Shown in pieces: positions 8,024-17,775 of a stretch of DNA of 56,404 nucleotides (position 1 is its first letter; every line of letters begins with the position of its first letter). The translations under genes were made by a program, and so were the position numbers. The notes under the pieces are model-generated. The model was given only the letters and a program-made list of their open reading frames with translations, did not search any database and was not told where the DNA came from. Source of the DNA: Actinomycetes bacterium (lineage in GTDB: Bacteria > Actinomycetota > CALGFH01); assembly GCA_045807325.1 (NCBI GenBank), contig JBJMHP010000348.1, forward strand, positions 1 through 56,404, written 5' to 3'.

Positions 8024-8893
8024 TCATGGCGCGGTCAGGAGGGCGACCAGGTAGCCCACGCCGTAGGGGGCGTCCTCGTAGAGAACCCGGCCGTGCAGGG
8101 CGGAACCGCTGTGAGCCGCGCCCTCGTCAGAGACGCGGCCGTGCAGGGGTGAGCCGCCGTTGGCCGCATCCTCCCCAGGGCCCTGGTCGCGCACGGCTGG
8201 ACCGGGGTCGCAGGCGCCGGCGAGGACCTGGAGTGGCACTCGGCCGGCGACGAGGAGCTCGGCGGCCTGGGCGGGGTCGAGGTCGAGGAGGCGTTCCGGC
8301 TTCCCGGTGCGGAACGTCTCCGCCACCGCGGCGTCGAACCTCGCTGCTTCGGGCCGGAATGCCCCCGGTGCGCGCTCGGTCCGGCATGCCGACAGGTCCC
8401 CCATCGCCACCAGGCCGACCTGCCCGCCGCCCGCCGCCCGACCCGCGTTCCGGGCCCGGTCGCCGGGGGCCAGCGCCCGGCCGATGGCGGCGGCCGCGCC
8501 CGGTCCGAGCGTGGGCGGGACGGTGGCGGCGAACAGCCGGCTTGGTGGCGCGTCCAGGTCGGCCAGGAGGTGGGCGGCGACGGCCAGCGACAGCGGCAGC
8601 TCGTCGAGCCGGGCGGGTGGGGGCAGGCCGGGCAGGTCGAGGTCGACCAGGGTCGGGAGGGTGACCTCGACGTCGGCGCCGTAGGGCCGGAACGAGCCGG
8701 GCGCGGAGGGCCCGGGCACGGCCCAGACCGGGCCGTCACCGACCAGGACCATGAGGTCGACGGTGGCCAGGACCGCGGCGAGGGCCTGGCCGCAGGCCGC
8801 CCGCAGCGGGTCCAGCTCGCCCGCGGCGGCCCCGGCCAGCTCGGGTACCAGCAGCGGCGGGTGCGGCACGACGGCGGCCGCGACCGGGGGCAT
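8024..8893 (-). CDS. Hypothetical protein, possibly class III extradiol dioxygenase subunit B-like (LigB/MEMO-like fold)
   Basis: The N-terminus MPPVAAAVVPHPPLLVPELAG resembles LigB-like family starts. It sits between miaB and miaA and carries a C-terminal 16-aa tandem duplication. Confidence 0.4.
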   Translation of the reverse strand: MPPVAAAVVPHPPLLVPELAGAAAGELDPLRAACGQALAAVLATVDLMVLVGDGPVWAVPGPSAPGSFRPYGADVEVTLPTLVDLDLPGLPPPARLDELPLSLAVAAHLLADLDAPPSRLFAATVPPTLGPGAAAAIGRALAPGDRARNAGRAAGGGQVGLVAMGDLSACRTERAPGAFRPEAARFDAAVAETFRTGKPERLLDLDPAQAAELLVAGRVPLQVLAGACDPGPAVRDQGPGEDAANGGSPLHGRVSDEGAAHSGSALHGRVLYEDAPYGVGYLVALLTAP

Positions 8894-8901
8894 GGCGGCC
8901 G

Positions 8902-10485
8902 TCAGCCGACCAGTGGGAGGGGCACCGCTCCGGCGGGTAGCGGCCTCGGCGGCGGGGCGTCCCCACAGGATCCGCTCGCCGGGCGCCGCGGGTGGTGGTG
9001 CAGCACCGGTCCTCCGACCAGGTGGTGCGGCGCCGCCTGCTCGACCCGGACCGTCACCAAGTCCCCGGGTGCCACCTCGGTGGCGTCGGCAGCCGGCCCG
9101 GCCACGTGCCTACCGGCCCCGGGGCCCCCGGCCGCCGAGTCGCGGAGGAGGCCACTGGCCCCAGGCTCCCCGAAACCCCCAGGACCCCCCACCGGCGCCG
9201 CTGGGAAGTGGCAGAGCTTGTTGGTGCGGGTGCGGCCGGACATGCGGGTCGGGTTGGTCTTGGAGATGGACTGCTCGACCAGGAGCTCGACCTCGGTGCC
9301 GACGAGGGCGCGGTTGGCCTCCAGGCTGATGCGCTCCTGCAGCTTGAGGAGGCGCTGGAAGCGGTCCTTGACCACGTCGGGGGGGACCTGGTCGGGCATG
9401 GTGGCGGCCTCGGTGCCGGGGCGTGGGGAGTACTGGAAGGTGAAGGCGGAGTCGAACCGGGCCTGCTCGACCAGGTCGAGGGTGTCGGCGAAGTCGGCCT
9501 CGGTCTCGCCGGGGAAGCCGACGATGATGTCGGTCGAGAAGGCGACCCCGGGGATGGCGGCGCGCAGGTTGGCCAGGATCTCCAGGTAGCGGCGGCGGCG
9601 GTAGCCGCGGCGCATGAGCCGCAGGACCCGGTCGGAGCCGGACTGGAGCGGGAAGTGGACGTGCTCGCACAGGGGCCGGCAGGTGGCCATGGCCTCGACC
9701 ACGTCGTCGCGGAAGTCCTTGGGGTTGGGGCTGGTGAACCGGAGGCGCTCCAGGCCCTCGACCCCGTCCAGGGCCCGCAGCAGGTCGCCGAACAGCTGGC
9801 GGTGCCCGGGCAGGTCGGTGCCGTAGGAGTTGACGTTCTGGCCGAGCAGGCTGATCTCGAGCATGCCGGCGTCGGCCAGGGCCTGGACCTCGGCGACCAC
9901 GTCGCCGACCCGGCGGCTGCGCTCCTTGCCGCGCAGGCTGGGGACGATGCAGAAGGTGCAGGTGTTGTTGCAGCCGACGCTGATGGCCACCCAGGCCGAC
10001 CAGTCGCTGGCCCGCCGGGCCGGCAGGGCCGACGGGAAGCGCTGCATCTCGTCGAAGAACTCGGCCTGGGCGGTGCCCTGGCCGCGGGCCCGACGCAGCA
10101 GGACGGGCAGGCTGTGCAGGTTGTGGGTGCCGAACACCACGTCCACCCAGGGCGCGCGCTCCAGCACCCGGTGCTGGTCCTTCTGGGCCAGGCAGCCGCC
10201 GACGGCGATGGTCAGCCCGCGGCTGGCCTTGGTGGTGGCCAGGTGGCCGAGGGTGCCGTAGAGCTTGTTGTCGGCGTTCTCGCGGACCGCGCAGGTGTTG
10301 AGCACGACCAGGTCGGCGTCGTCGAGCCCGGCCGCCGCCTCCAGGCCCTCGGCCTCGAGCAGTCCGGCCAGCCGTTCTGAGTCGTGCTCGTTCATCTGGC
10401 ACCCGAAGGTGCGGATCAGGTAGCGCTCGCGGACTGGCGCTCCCTCGCTGCCAGCCGCGGCCGCATGTGCGCCCGCCGTGCTCAT
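8902..10485 (-). CDS. miaB: tRNA (N6-isopentenyl adenosine(37)-C2)-methylthiotransferase MiaB
   Basis: [35 protein letters not shown] (radical-SAM CxxxCxxC) and a TRAM-like C-terminus. Confidence 0.92.
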   Translation of the reverse strand: MSTAGAHAAAAGSEGAPVRERYLIRTFGCQMNEHDSERLAGLLEAEGLEAAAGLDDADLVVLNTCAVRENADNKLYGTLGHLATTKASRGLTIAVGGCLAQKDQHRVLERAPWVDVVFGTHNLHSLPVLLRRARGQGTAQAEFFDEMQRFPSALPARRASDWSAWVAISVGCNNTCTFCIVPSLRGKERSRRVGDVVAEVQALADAGMLEISLLGQNVNSYGTDLPGHRQLFGDLLRALDGVEGLERLRFTSPNPKDFRDDVVEAMATCRPLCEHVHFPLQSGSDRVLRLMRRGYRRRRYLEILANLRAAIPGVAFSTDIIVGFPGETEADFADTLDLVEQARFDSAFTFQYSPRPGTEAATMPDQVPPDVVKDRFQRLLKLQERISLEANRALVGTEVELLVEQSISKTNPTRMSGRTRTNKLCHFPAAPVGGPGGFGEPGASGLLRDSAAGGPGAGRHVAGPAADATEVAPGDLVTVRVEQAAPHHLVGGPVLHHHPRRPASGSCGDAPPPRPLPAGAVPLPLVG

Positions 10486-10540
10486 GTGCCGGATGGTACT
10501 CGGGTGGCGACCCTGGCGGCCTGCCCCTACCGGTCCCGGC

Positions 10541-12115
10541 TCACTTGGCGTACTCGATGCTGCGGATCTCCCGGACCACGGTGATCTTGATCTGGCCGGG
10601 GTACTGGAGCTCCTGCTCGACCCGCTTGGCCATGTCGCGGGCCAGGACCTGGGCGGCGACGTCGTCGACGTCCTCGGGCTTGACCATGATCCGGACCTCG
10701 CGGCCGGCCTGCATGGCGAACACCTTGTCGACGCCGGGGTAGCTGCCGGCGATCTCCTCCAGGCGCTCCAGGCGCTTGACGTAGGACTCGAGCGTCTCCC
10801 GGCGCGCCCCGGGGCGGCCGCCGGAGATGGCGTCGGCGGCCTGGGTGAGCACGGCCTCGATGGTGCGCTGCTCGACCTCGCCGTGGTGGGCCTCGATGGC
10901 GTGGACGACCTCGGGCCGCTCCTTGAGCCGGCGGGCCAGCTCGGCCCCGATGATGGCGTGCGAGCCCTCGACCTCGTGGGTGAGTGCCTTGCCGATGTCG
11001 TGCAGGAACCCGCAGCGCTTGGCCAGGGCGACGTCCATGCCCAGCTCGGAGGCCATGATGCCGGCCAGGTGGGCGGTCTCGACCAGGTGGCGGAGCACGT
11101 TCTGGCCGTAGGAGGTGCGGTACTTGAGCCGCCCGAGCACGCGGACCAGCTCGGGATGCAGGTCGGTGATGCCGACCTCGAGGCAGGCGTCCTCGCCGGC
11201 CCGGCGCACCTCGCCCTCGACCTCCTGGCGGGCCCGGTCGTAGGTCTCCTCGATGCGGGCCGGGTGGATGCGGCCGTCGGAGACGAGCTTCTCCAGGGTG
11301 AGGCGGCCGATCTCGCGCCGGACGGGGTCGAAGCAGGACAGCAGGACCGCTTCGGGGGTGTCGTCGATGATCAGGTTGACGCCGGTGACCGCCTCGAAGG
11401 CGCGGATGTTGCGGCCCTCTCGGCCGATGATGCGGCCCTTCATGTCGTCCGAGGGCAGGGGGAGGACCGAGACGGTCGACTCGGAGGTCTGCTCGGAGGC
11501 GACCCGCTGGATGGCCAGGGTGACGATCTTGCGGGAGCGGCGGTCGGCCTCCTCCCGGGCCTGCTGCTCCAGGTCGCGGACCAGGCCCATGGCGTCCCGC
11601 TTGGCCTCCTCCTCGATGTGCTTGACGAGCATGGCCTTGGCCTCGGCGGCGGTCATGGCCGCGACCTGCTCGAGGCGGCGGCGGTGCTCCTCGGCGGCGG
11701 AGTCGAGCTCGGTCCGGGCCGCCTCGAGCGTCTGCTCCCGGTCGTGCAGGGTGACCTCGCGCCGGTCGAGCAGGGTCGCCTTGGCCTGAAGGGCCTCCTC
11801 GTGGCCGGCCAGGCGCTCCTGACGCTGCTGGATCTCGGCTTGCCGGGTCCTGGCCTCGACCTCTACCTCAGCCCGAAGCTTCGTCGCCTCGCTCTCGACG
11901 CCCTGGCGGAGCCGCAGGGCCTCGTCCCGGGCTTCCACGGCGGCCTCGCGGCGGGTGGTCTCGGCTTGGCGGCGGGCGTCGTCCAGCAACGCCTTGGCCT
12001 GCTGCTCGGCCGAGCCGAGCACCGTTGCGGACTGTTTGCGCTGGTAGGACGTTCCGACGAAAAAGCCGAGGACGATCCCGGCGAGCGCTCCGATGATGAG
12101 AACGACGGCCTCCAC
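10541..12115 (-). CDS. rny: Ribonuclease Y
   Basis: N-terminal TM helix [21 protein letters not shown], a coiled-coil region, a KH domain ([15 protein letters not shown]) and an HD domain (HDIGKA..EAHHGE). I chose GTG 12115 because AAAGGAGG lies 5 nt upstream. The track start is 12139. Confidence 0.9.
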   Translation of the reverse strand: MEAVVLIIGALAGIVLGFFVGTSYQRKQSATVLGSAEQQAKALLDDARRQAETTRREAAVEARDEALRLRQGVESEATKLRAEVEVEARTRQAEIQQRQERLAGHEEALQAKATLLDRREVTLHDREQTLEAARTELDSAAEEHRRRLEQVAAMTAAEAKAMLVKHIEEEAKRDAMGLVRDLEQQAREEADRRSRKIVTLAIQRVASEQTSESTVSVLPLPSDDMKGRIIGREGRNIRAFEAVTGVNLIIDDTPEAVLLSCFDPVRREIGRLTLEKLVSDGRIHPARIEETYDRARQEVEGEVRRAGEDACLEVGITDLHPELVRVLGRLKYRTSYGQNVLRHLVETAHLAGIMASELGMDVALAKRCGFLHDIGKALTHEVEGSHAIIGAELARRLKERPEVVHAIEAHHGEVEQRTIEAVLTQAADAISGGRPGARRETLESYVKRLERLEEIAGSYPGVDKVFAMQAGREVRIMVKPEDVDDVAAQVLARDMAKRVEQELQYPGQIKITVVREIRSIEYAK

Positions 12116-12393
12116 GGTGGCCTCCTTTGCAACCCCCATCCGGCCGGGTGCCCGGCCGGCGAAAGCCGCCCGGCGGCGCTGCCGAGACCGTCTGGCCTAA
12201 GACGGCAACAGCGCCGAGCGGCGCCCGGCGCTGCAGAGACCCTGCGATTACGGTCCGAAGGTCGGGTCCGACGGAACGTTCGGGTGGGGATGTCGAGACG
12301 CCGCTCTTGTCCCCAAGCAGGAAGGTCCGGTGAACAGTCGGTGTACCAAGGTTAGGTAATCATAGGTTGGGCTCGGCGTCGCCGGGCCATCTC

Positions 12394-12422
12394 AGGGTAG
12401 GCCCGCGTGCCCTCCCGGTCAA
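12394..12422 (-). promoter_or_regulatory. Candidate sigma-70-type promoter for rny (TTGACC-N17-TACCCT)
   Basis: The minus strand reads ..ccTTGACCgggagggcacgcgggccTACCCTgag. It lies in the 413-bp recX-rny spacer and implies a leader of about 270 nt. Confidence 0.45.
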
Positions 12423-12528
12423 GGAAGGCCAGGTCAGAAGGGGTATCAACCCAGGAATCAGTCGGTCTAAGCGATCGTCTCAGTCAACCCCGACAAGCCC
12501 CTCTCTGCCTGTCCCCGCCAGTGAGACA

Positions 12529-13071
12529 CTAGTCGAAGCCCACCAGGTCCCTGGCGACCGACTCGGCGAGGTCGGGCGGATAGCCGCGGCGGGCCAGGTA
12601 GCTGGCCAATCGCCGGAGCTGGGTCGGGGCGGGGAGGCCGGCGAGCTGGGCCATGCGGGCCTGAGCGACCTGGCGGCAGCGGTCGGCGCTGTCCTCGGCC
12701 GGGGCGGCGGCCTGGGCGGCCCCTTCCGCCACCGCCGGGTCGACGCCGCGGTCGCGGAGCTCGGCGGCGATCGCGGGAGCGTCCAGGCCGTGCTCGGCCC
12801 GACCCTCGGCAACCGTCGTGGCCAGGGCCGCGTCGTCGACCAGGCCGACCCGTTCCAGCCGGTCGAGCGTCTCGGCGACCGCCGCCGCCTCAAACCCGCG
12901 ATCCTCCAGCCGCTGCCGCAGCTCGGCCCGGGTGCGTGCCCTGGTGGTGAGCAGCCGGAGGGCGGCGGCATGGGCGGCGTCCGCCGACGCCGCCCGCTCG
13001 CCGTCCAGCGGTGCCCCTCCTCCCGGCTGCACCCGCCTGGTCCCGACCGATGCCCGCCGCCCGACCACCAT
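12529..13071 (-). CDS. recX: RecA regulator RecX
   Basis: AHAAALRLLTTRARTRAELRQRLEDRGFEAAAVAETLDRLERVGLVDDAAL.. I chose ATG 13071. The track ORF extends into recA. Confidence 0.85.
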   Translation of the reverse strand: MVVGRRASVGTRRVQPGGGAPLDGERAASADAAHAAALRLLTTRARTRAELRQRLEDRGFEAAAVAETLDRLERVGLVDDAALATTVAEGRAEHGLDAPAIAAELRDRGVDPAVAEGAAQAAAPAEDSADRCRQVAQARMAQLAGLPAPTQLRRLASYLARRGYPPDLAESVARDLVGFD

Positions 13072-13108
13072 CAGCGCGCTCGCTCCGGCTCTCGTGGGGC
13101 CCGGTGGC

Positions 13109-14218
<1,110 letters not shown>

Positions 14219-14267
14219 CACAGTCCCCTCTGAAGTAGGCGGCCCAGGAACGTTCGGAGTGGCGAGC

Positions 14268-14296
14268 ACCGTACTACGAACACCTGTTCGGTACAA
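14268..14296 (-). promoter_or_regulatory. Candidate recA promoter (TTGTAC-N17-TACGGT)
   Basis: The minus strand reads ATCATTGTACcgaacaggtgttcgtagTACGGT, with the SOS box filling the spacer. Confidence 0.5.
14276..14291. promoter_or_regulatory. LexA (SOS) box upstream of recA
   Basis: ACGAACACCTGTTCGG, a perfect CGAAC-N4-GTTCG, about 60 nt upstream of the recA ATG. Confidence 0.8.
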
Positions 14297-14359
14297 TGAT
14301 CATATCCGGATCTGGGGACAATCCCTCGCAGCGGCCGCGTTACCCCTGGCCGTCGTGAT

Positions 14360-14962
14360 CTACCCGGCGAGGGGGAACTCGCGCAGGACCCGGTAGCGGG
14401 CGCCGCGGGGGCCGCCGAGGGTACTCCGGTAGCAGGCCAGCTCGCGTGCCTCCCAGGGCTGCCCGTCGGCGGCCGCGCCGGCGACCAGGTCGAGGGCCTC
14501 CTGGGGGACGGGCGCCGGGGTGGAGAAGCGGGCCAGGGTCAGGTGAGGATGCAGCGGCCGGTCCTCGAAGCGCAGGCCGGCCGCCTTGCAGGCGGCGGAG
14601 AGGGCGGCGGCCAGGCGGACCAGGACCTCGGCGTCGCCGCCGATGCCGGCCCACAGCACCCTGGCCCGGCGTCCTGGGGGGAACGTGCCGGCGCCCTCCA
14701 GGCGCAGCCGGGCCGGTGGGACGCCGGCGACGGCGGTCTCGCCGACCCGGACCACCTCGTCGGCCAGCTCGGGCCGGACCTGGCCGAGGAAGGCCAGGGT
14801 GAGGTGCCAGCCGCCGGGCGGGGTGACTCGGGCGCCGCTCAGCAGGGACCCCAGCCGGGGCAGGGTCGCCTCCAGCGGCGCCCGGGCCGGCCCCGGCACC
14901 GGCACGGCGAAGAACAGCCGCCCGCTGAGCAGGTCGGGGTCGGCGACGGTCGCGTCGGTCAC
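14360..14962 (-). CDS. thpR: RNA 2',3'-cyclic phosphodiesterase (ThpR/LigT, 2H family)
   Basis: Two H-x-T-x motifs (WHLTLAFLG and HPHLTLARF). RLFFAVPVP at the N-terminus. I chose GTG 14962. The upstream part of the track ORF is low-complexity shadow frame. Confidence 0.8.
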   Translation of the reverse strand: MTDATVADPDLLSGRLFFAVPVPGPARAPLEATLPRLGSLLSGARVTPPGGWHLTLAFLGQVRPELADEVVRVGETAVAGVPPARLRLEGAGTFPPGRRARVLWAGIGGDAEVLVRLAAALSAACKAAGLRFEDRPLHPHLTLARFSTPAPVPQEALDLVAGAAADGQPWEARELACYRSTLGGPRGARYRVLREFPLAG

Positions 14963-15007
14963 GCGAGGCCCCGGGATGGGCGTGCTGCTGTCCCAACCCC
15001 GACTGCT

Positions 15008-15070
15008 GGGGCCCCCGAACGGGAGGGTAGCCGACCGGGCCGGGGGGCGGAGGCGGTTGTCCACAGGGGC
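15008..15070 (+). repeat. Dispersed DnaA-box-containing repeat, copy A
   Basis: ggggcccccgaacGGGAGGGTAGCCgaccgggccggggggcggaggcgGTTGTCCACAGgggcc. It fills most of the cinA-thpR intergenic spacer. Confidence 0.75.
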
Positions 15071-15074
15071 CGAC

Positions 15075-16328
15075 TCACGCCAGGCCCTCCAGGCGGCGGC
15101 GGGCCAGGTCGAGGGCGACCGTGGTGGTCCAGAGGCGGATCTGGCTGCGGTCGCCGGGGGCGGTGAGGGTGCGGGTGGCGGTGCCGGCGGCGTCGGCGAC
15201 CCCGAGGCAGAGGGTGCCGACCCGGCGGCCGGACTGCTCGGTGGGGCCGGCGACGCCGGTGGCGGCCACACCGAGGTCGGCGCCGAAGGCCTTGCGGGCG
15301 CCCTCGGCCATGGCGGCGGCGACCGGCTCGCTGACCGGGCCGTCGGCGGCGAGCAGGTCGGGATCGACGCCGAGCCGGGACGCCTTGGCGTCGGTGGCGT
15401 AGGCGACCACGCCGCCAAGGTAGTAGTCGGAGGCGCCGGGGATGCCGGTGATGCGGCCGCCGAGGAGGCCGCCGGTGAGCGACTCGGCGGTGGCCAGGGT
15501 GAGGCCGCGCTCACCCAGCAGGCGGCCGACGACGGCCTCCAGGGTCTCGTCGTCGGTGCCGTAGACGATGTCGCCGAGCTCCTCGCGGACCCTGGCCTCC
15601 ACCGGGGCGATCTCGACCAGGGCCTGCTCCCGGGTGTGGCCGACGGCGGTGAGGCGCACCCGGACCTCCCCCGGGCTGGCCAGGTAGGCCATGGTGACCT
15701 GGCGGCCGGCCCCGACCTCCTCCCACGTCGGGGTGAGGCGCTCGGCCAGGCGTGACTCCCCCACCCCGGCGGTGCGAAGGGTCCGGGAGACGATCGCCCG
15801 GCCCTCCCCGGCCCTGGCCGCCAGGTCGGGCAGGACCACCTGCTCGAGCATGCCCTCCATCTCGCGGGGGACGCCGGGCACGGCGTAGACGGGCTTGCCG
15901 TCGATCTCCATGATCAGCCCGGGGGCGGTCCCCCGCGGGTTGTCGATGGTGCGGGCGCCCTGGGGCACGTCGGCCTGGCGCAGGTTCATCTCGGCCATCC
16001 GCTGGACGCCCATGCCGCCGAACCGCTCCCGCAGCCACGCCTCCAGCTCGGGCTGGCGCACCAGGGCCACACCGGCCACCTCGGCCAGGGCCTCCCGGGT
16101 CACGTCGTCCTGGGTCGGGCCCAGGCCGCCGGTCAGGAGGACCGCGTCGGCCCGGCCGAGAGCCTCGCCGATGGCCTCGGCGATGCGCTCGGTGTTGTCC
16201 CCGACCACGGTGTGGCGCAGGCAGTCCCAGCCGACGTCGGCCAGGCGCTGGCCGATCCAGGCGGCGTTGGTGTTGACGATCTGGCCGAGCAGCAGCTCGG
16301 TCCCGACCCCGATGATCTCGCAGCGCAC
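15075..16328 (-). CDS. cinA: Competence/damage-inducible protein CinA (MoCF-binding + nicotinamide-nucleotide amidase domains)
   Basis: MRCEIIGVGTELLLGQIVNTNAAWIGQRLADVG..LLTGGLGPTQDDVTREA.. and a C-terminal PncC-like TAESLTGGLLG. Confidence 0.9.
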   Translation of the reverse strand: MRCEIIGVGTELLLGQIVNTNAAWIGQRLADVGWDCLRHTVVGDNTERIAEAIGEALGRADAVLLTGGLGPTQDDVTREALAEVAGVALVRQPELEAWLRERFGGMGVQRMAEMNLRQADVPQGARTIDNPRGTAPGLIMEIDGKPVYAVPGVPREMEGMLEQVVLPDLAARAGEGRAIVSRTLRTAGVGESRLAERLTPTWEEVGAGRQVTMAYLASPGEVRVRLTAVGHTREQALVEIAPVEARVREELGDIVYGTDDETLEAVVGRLLGERGLTLATAESLTGGLLGGRITGIPGASDYYLGGVVAYATDAKASRLGVDPDLLAADGPVSEPVAAAMAEGARKAFGADLGVAATGVAGPTEQSGRRVGTLCLGVADAAGTATRTLTAPGDRSQIRLWTTTVALDLARRRLEGLA

Positions 16329-16367
16329 GCCCGCTCCCTTGCCGATGGACCGTCGACGGCGAGGATG

Positions 16368-17738
16368 CTACCCGGCCGGCCGGGCCAGAAGCTCCGGGCC
16401 CTGGGCGGCGGTGACCACCACCGGCAGGTACTCCCCCACCGTGATCCGTGACGCGCCCTCGACCCGGACCACGCCGTCGGCGTCGGGGGCCTCCCGGAAG
16501 CTGCGGCCCTCGACGGCGCCGTCGGCCTCGACCCGCTCGACCAGCACCTCCAGCCGCCGCCCCACCCAGGCCTCCTGGGCCTCGGCCAGGAGGCTATCCT
16601 GCAATCCCTGGGCCCGCTCGACCCGGGCCCTGGCGGTGGCCTCCGGGACGCGGTCGTCAAGCTCCAGGGCGGCGGTTCCGTCCTCGGGCGACCAGGCGAA
16701 GAACGCGACCCAGTCGAGGCGGGCCGCCTCCAGGAACGCCTCCAGCTGGCGCACGTCGGCGGCGCGCTCGCCCGGGAAGCCGAGGATGAAGTTGGAGCGG
16801 AAGGCGGCGTCGGGGTCGAGGGCGCGGATCCGCCCGACCAGGTCGAGGAAGGACCCGGCCGAGCCGCCGCGGCGCATGCGCCGCAGCACGGGGACGCTGG
16901 CGTGCTGCAGCGACAGGTCGAAGTAGCTGCAGACCACCGGGTTGGCCGCCATCTCCTCGAGCAGGCCGGGGGTGACTTCGTCGGGCTGGAGGTAGTTGAG
17001 GCGGACCCGGCGCAGGCCGTCGATCCCGGCCAGGTCGCGTAGCAGGTGGATGAGGGCCTCGCGGCCGCCCAGGTCCTTGCCGTAGCTGGTGGAGTTCTCG
17101 GCGACCAGGCAGACCTCGGAGACGCCCTGGCCGGCCAGCCAGGCGACCTCGTCCAGGATCTCGGTGGGCCGCCGGGAGCGGAACCGGCCCCGGAACGACG
17201 GGATGGCGCAGAACGAGCAGTCGCGGTCGCAGCCCTCGGCCAGCTTGACCAGGGCCACCGGCCCGCGGGCGGACGCCCTGGCCGGGAACGCGGCCCCGGC
17301 CGGGGTCGGGAACACCATCGGCAGGGGCCGCCGTCCAGGTGGGACCAGGGAAGCCGGACCGGGCCCGGCGGCTTCCCGGGAGCCGAGCAGCGACGGGAGC
17401 TTGCCGTAGTCGGAAAACGGGACGATGGCGTCGGCCTCGGGGAGCTCGACCCGCAGCTCCTCGGTGTAGCGTTCGGCCAGGCAGCCGGTGACCAGGACGG
17501 TGCGGGGCCGGCCCTGCTCCTTGAGGGCGGCCGCGTCCAGGATGGTCTCGATCGACTCGCGCTTGGCCGCCTCCACGAACGCGCAGGTGTTGACGACCAC
17601 GGCGTCGGCCTGCTCGGGGTCGGTCACGACCTGGTAGCCGGCGGCGGCGAGCAGGCCGGCGGCGTTCTGGGAGTCGACCTCGTTGCGGCCGCAGCCGAGG
17701 GTGACGATGGCCACGGTCGTCGGGGCGGGGTCGGGCAT
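16368..17738 (-). CDS. rimO: Ribosomal protein S12 methylthiotransferase RimO
   Basis: VAIVTLGCGRNEVDSQNAAGLL..EGCDRDCSFCAIP (radical SAM) and a TRAM C-terminus. Confidence 0.9.
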   Translation of the reverse strand: MPDPAPTTVAIVTLGCGRNEVDSQNAAGLLAAAGYQVVTDPEQADAVVVNTCAFVEAAKRESIETILDAAALKEQGRPRTVLVTGCLAERYTEELRVELPEADAIVPFSDYGKLPSLLGSREAAGPGPASLVPPGRRPLPMVFPTPAGAAFPARASARGPVALVKLAEGCDRDCSFCAIPSFRGRFRSRRPTEILDEVAWLAGQGVSEVCLVAENSTSYGKDLGGREALIHLLRDLAGIDGLRRVRLNYLQPDEVTPGLLEEMAANPVVCSYFDLSLQHASVPVLRRMRRGGSAGSFLDLVGRIRALDPDAAFRSNFILGFPGERAADVRQLEAFLEAARLDWVAFFAWSPEDGTAALELDDRVPEATARARVERAQGLQDSLLAEAQEAWVGRRLEVLVERVEADGAVEGRSFREAPDADGVVRVEGASRITVGEYLPVVVTAAQGPELLARPAG

Positions 17739-17775
17739 GGACTGGTCTCCTGGGAACGGCTGCCGACCCTTGACG

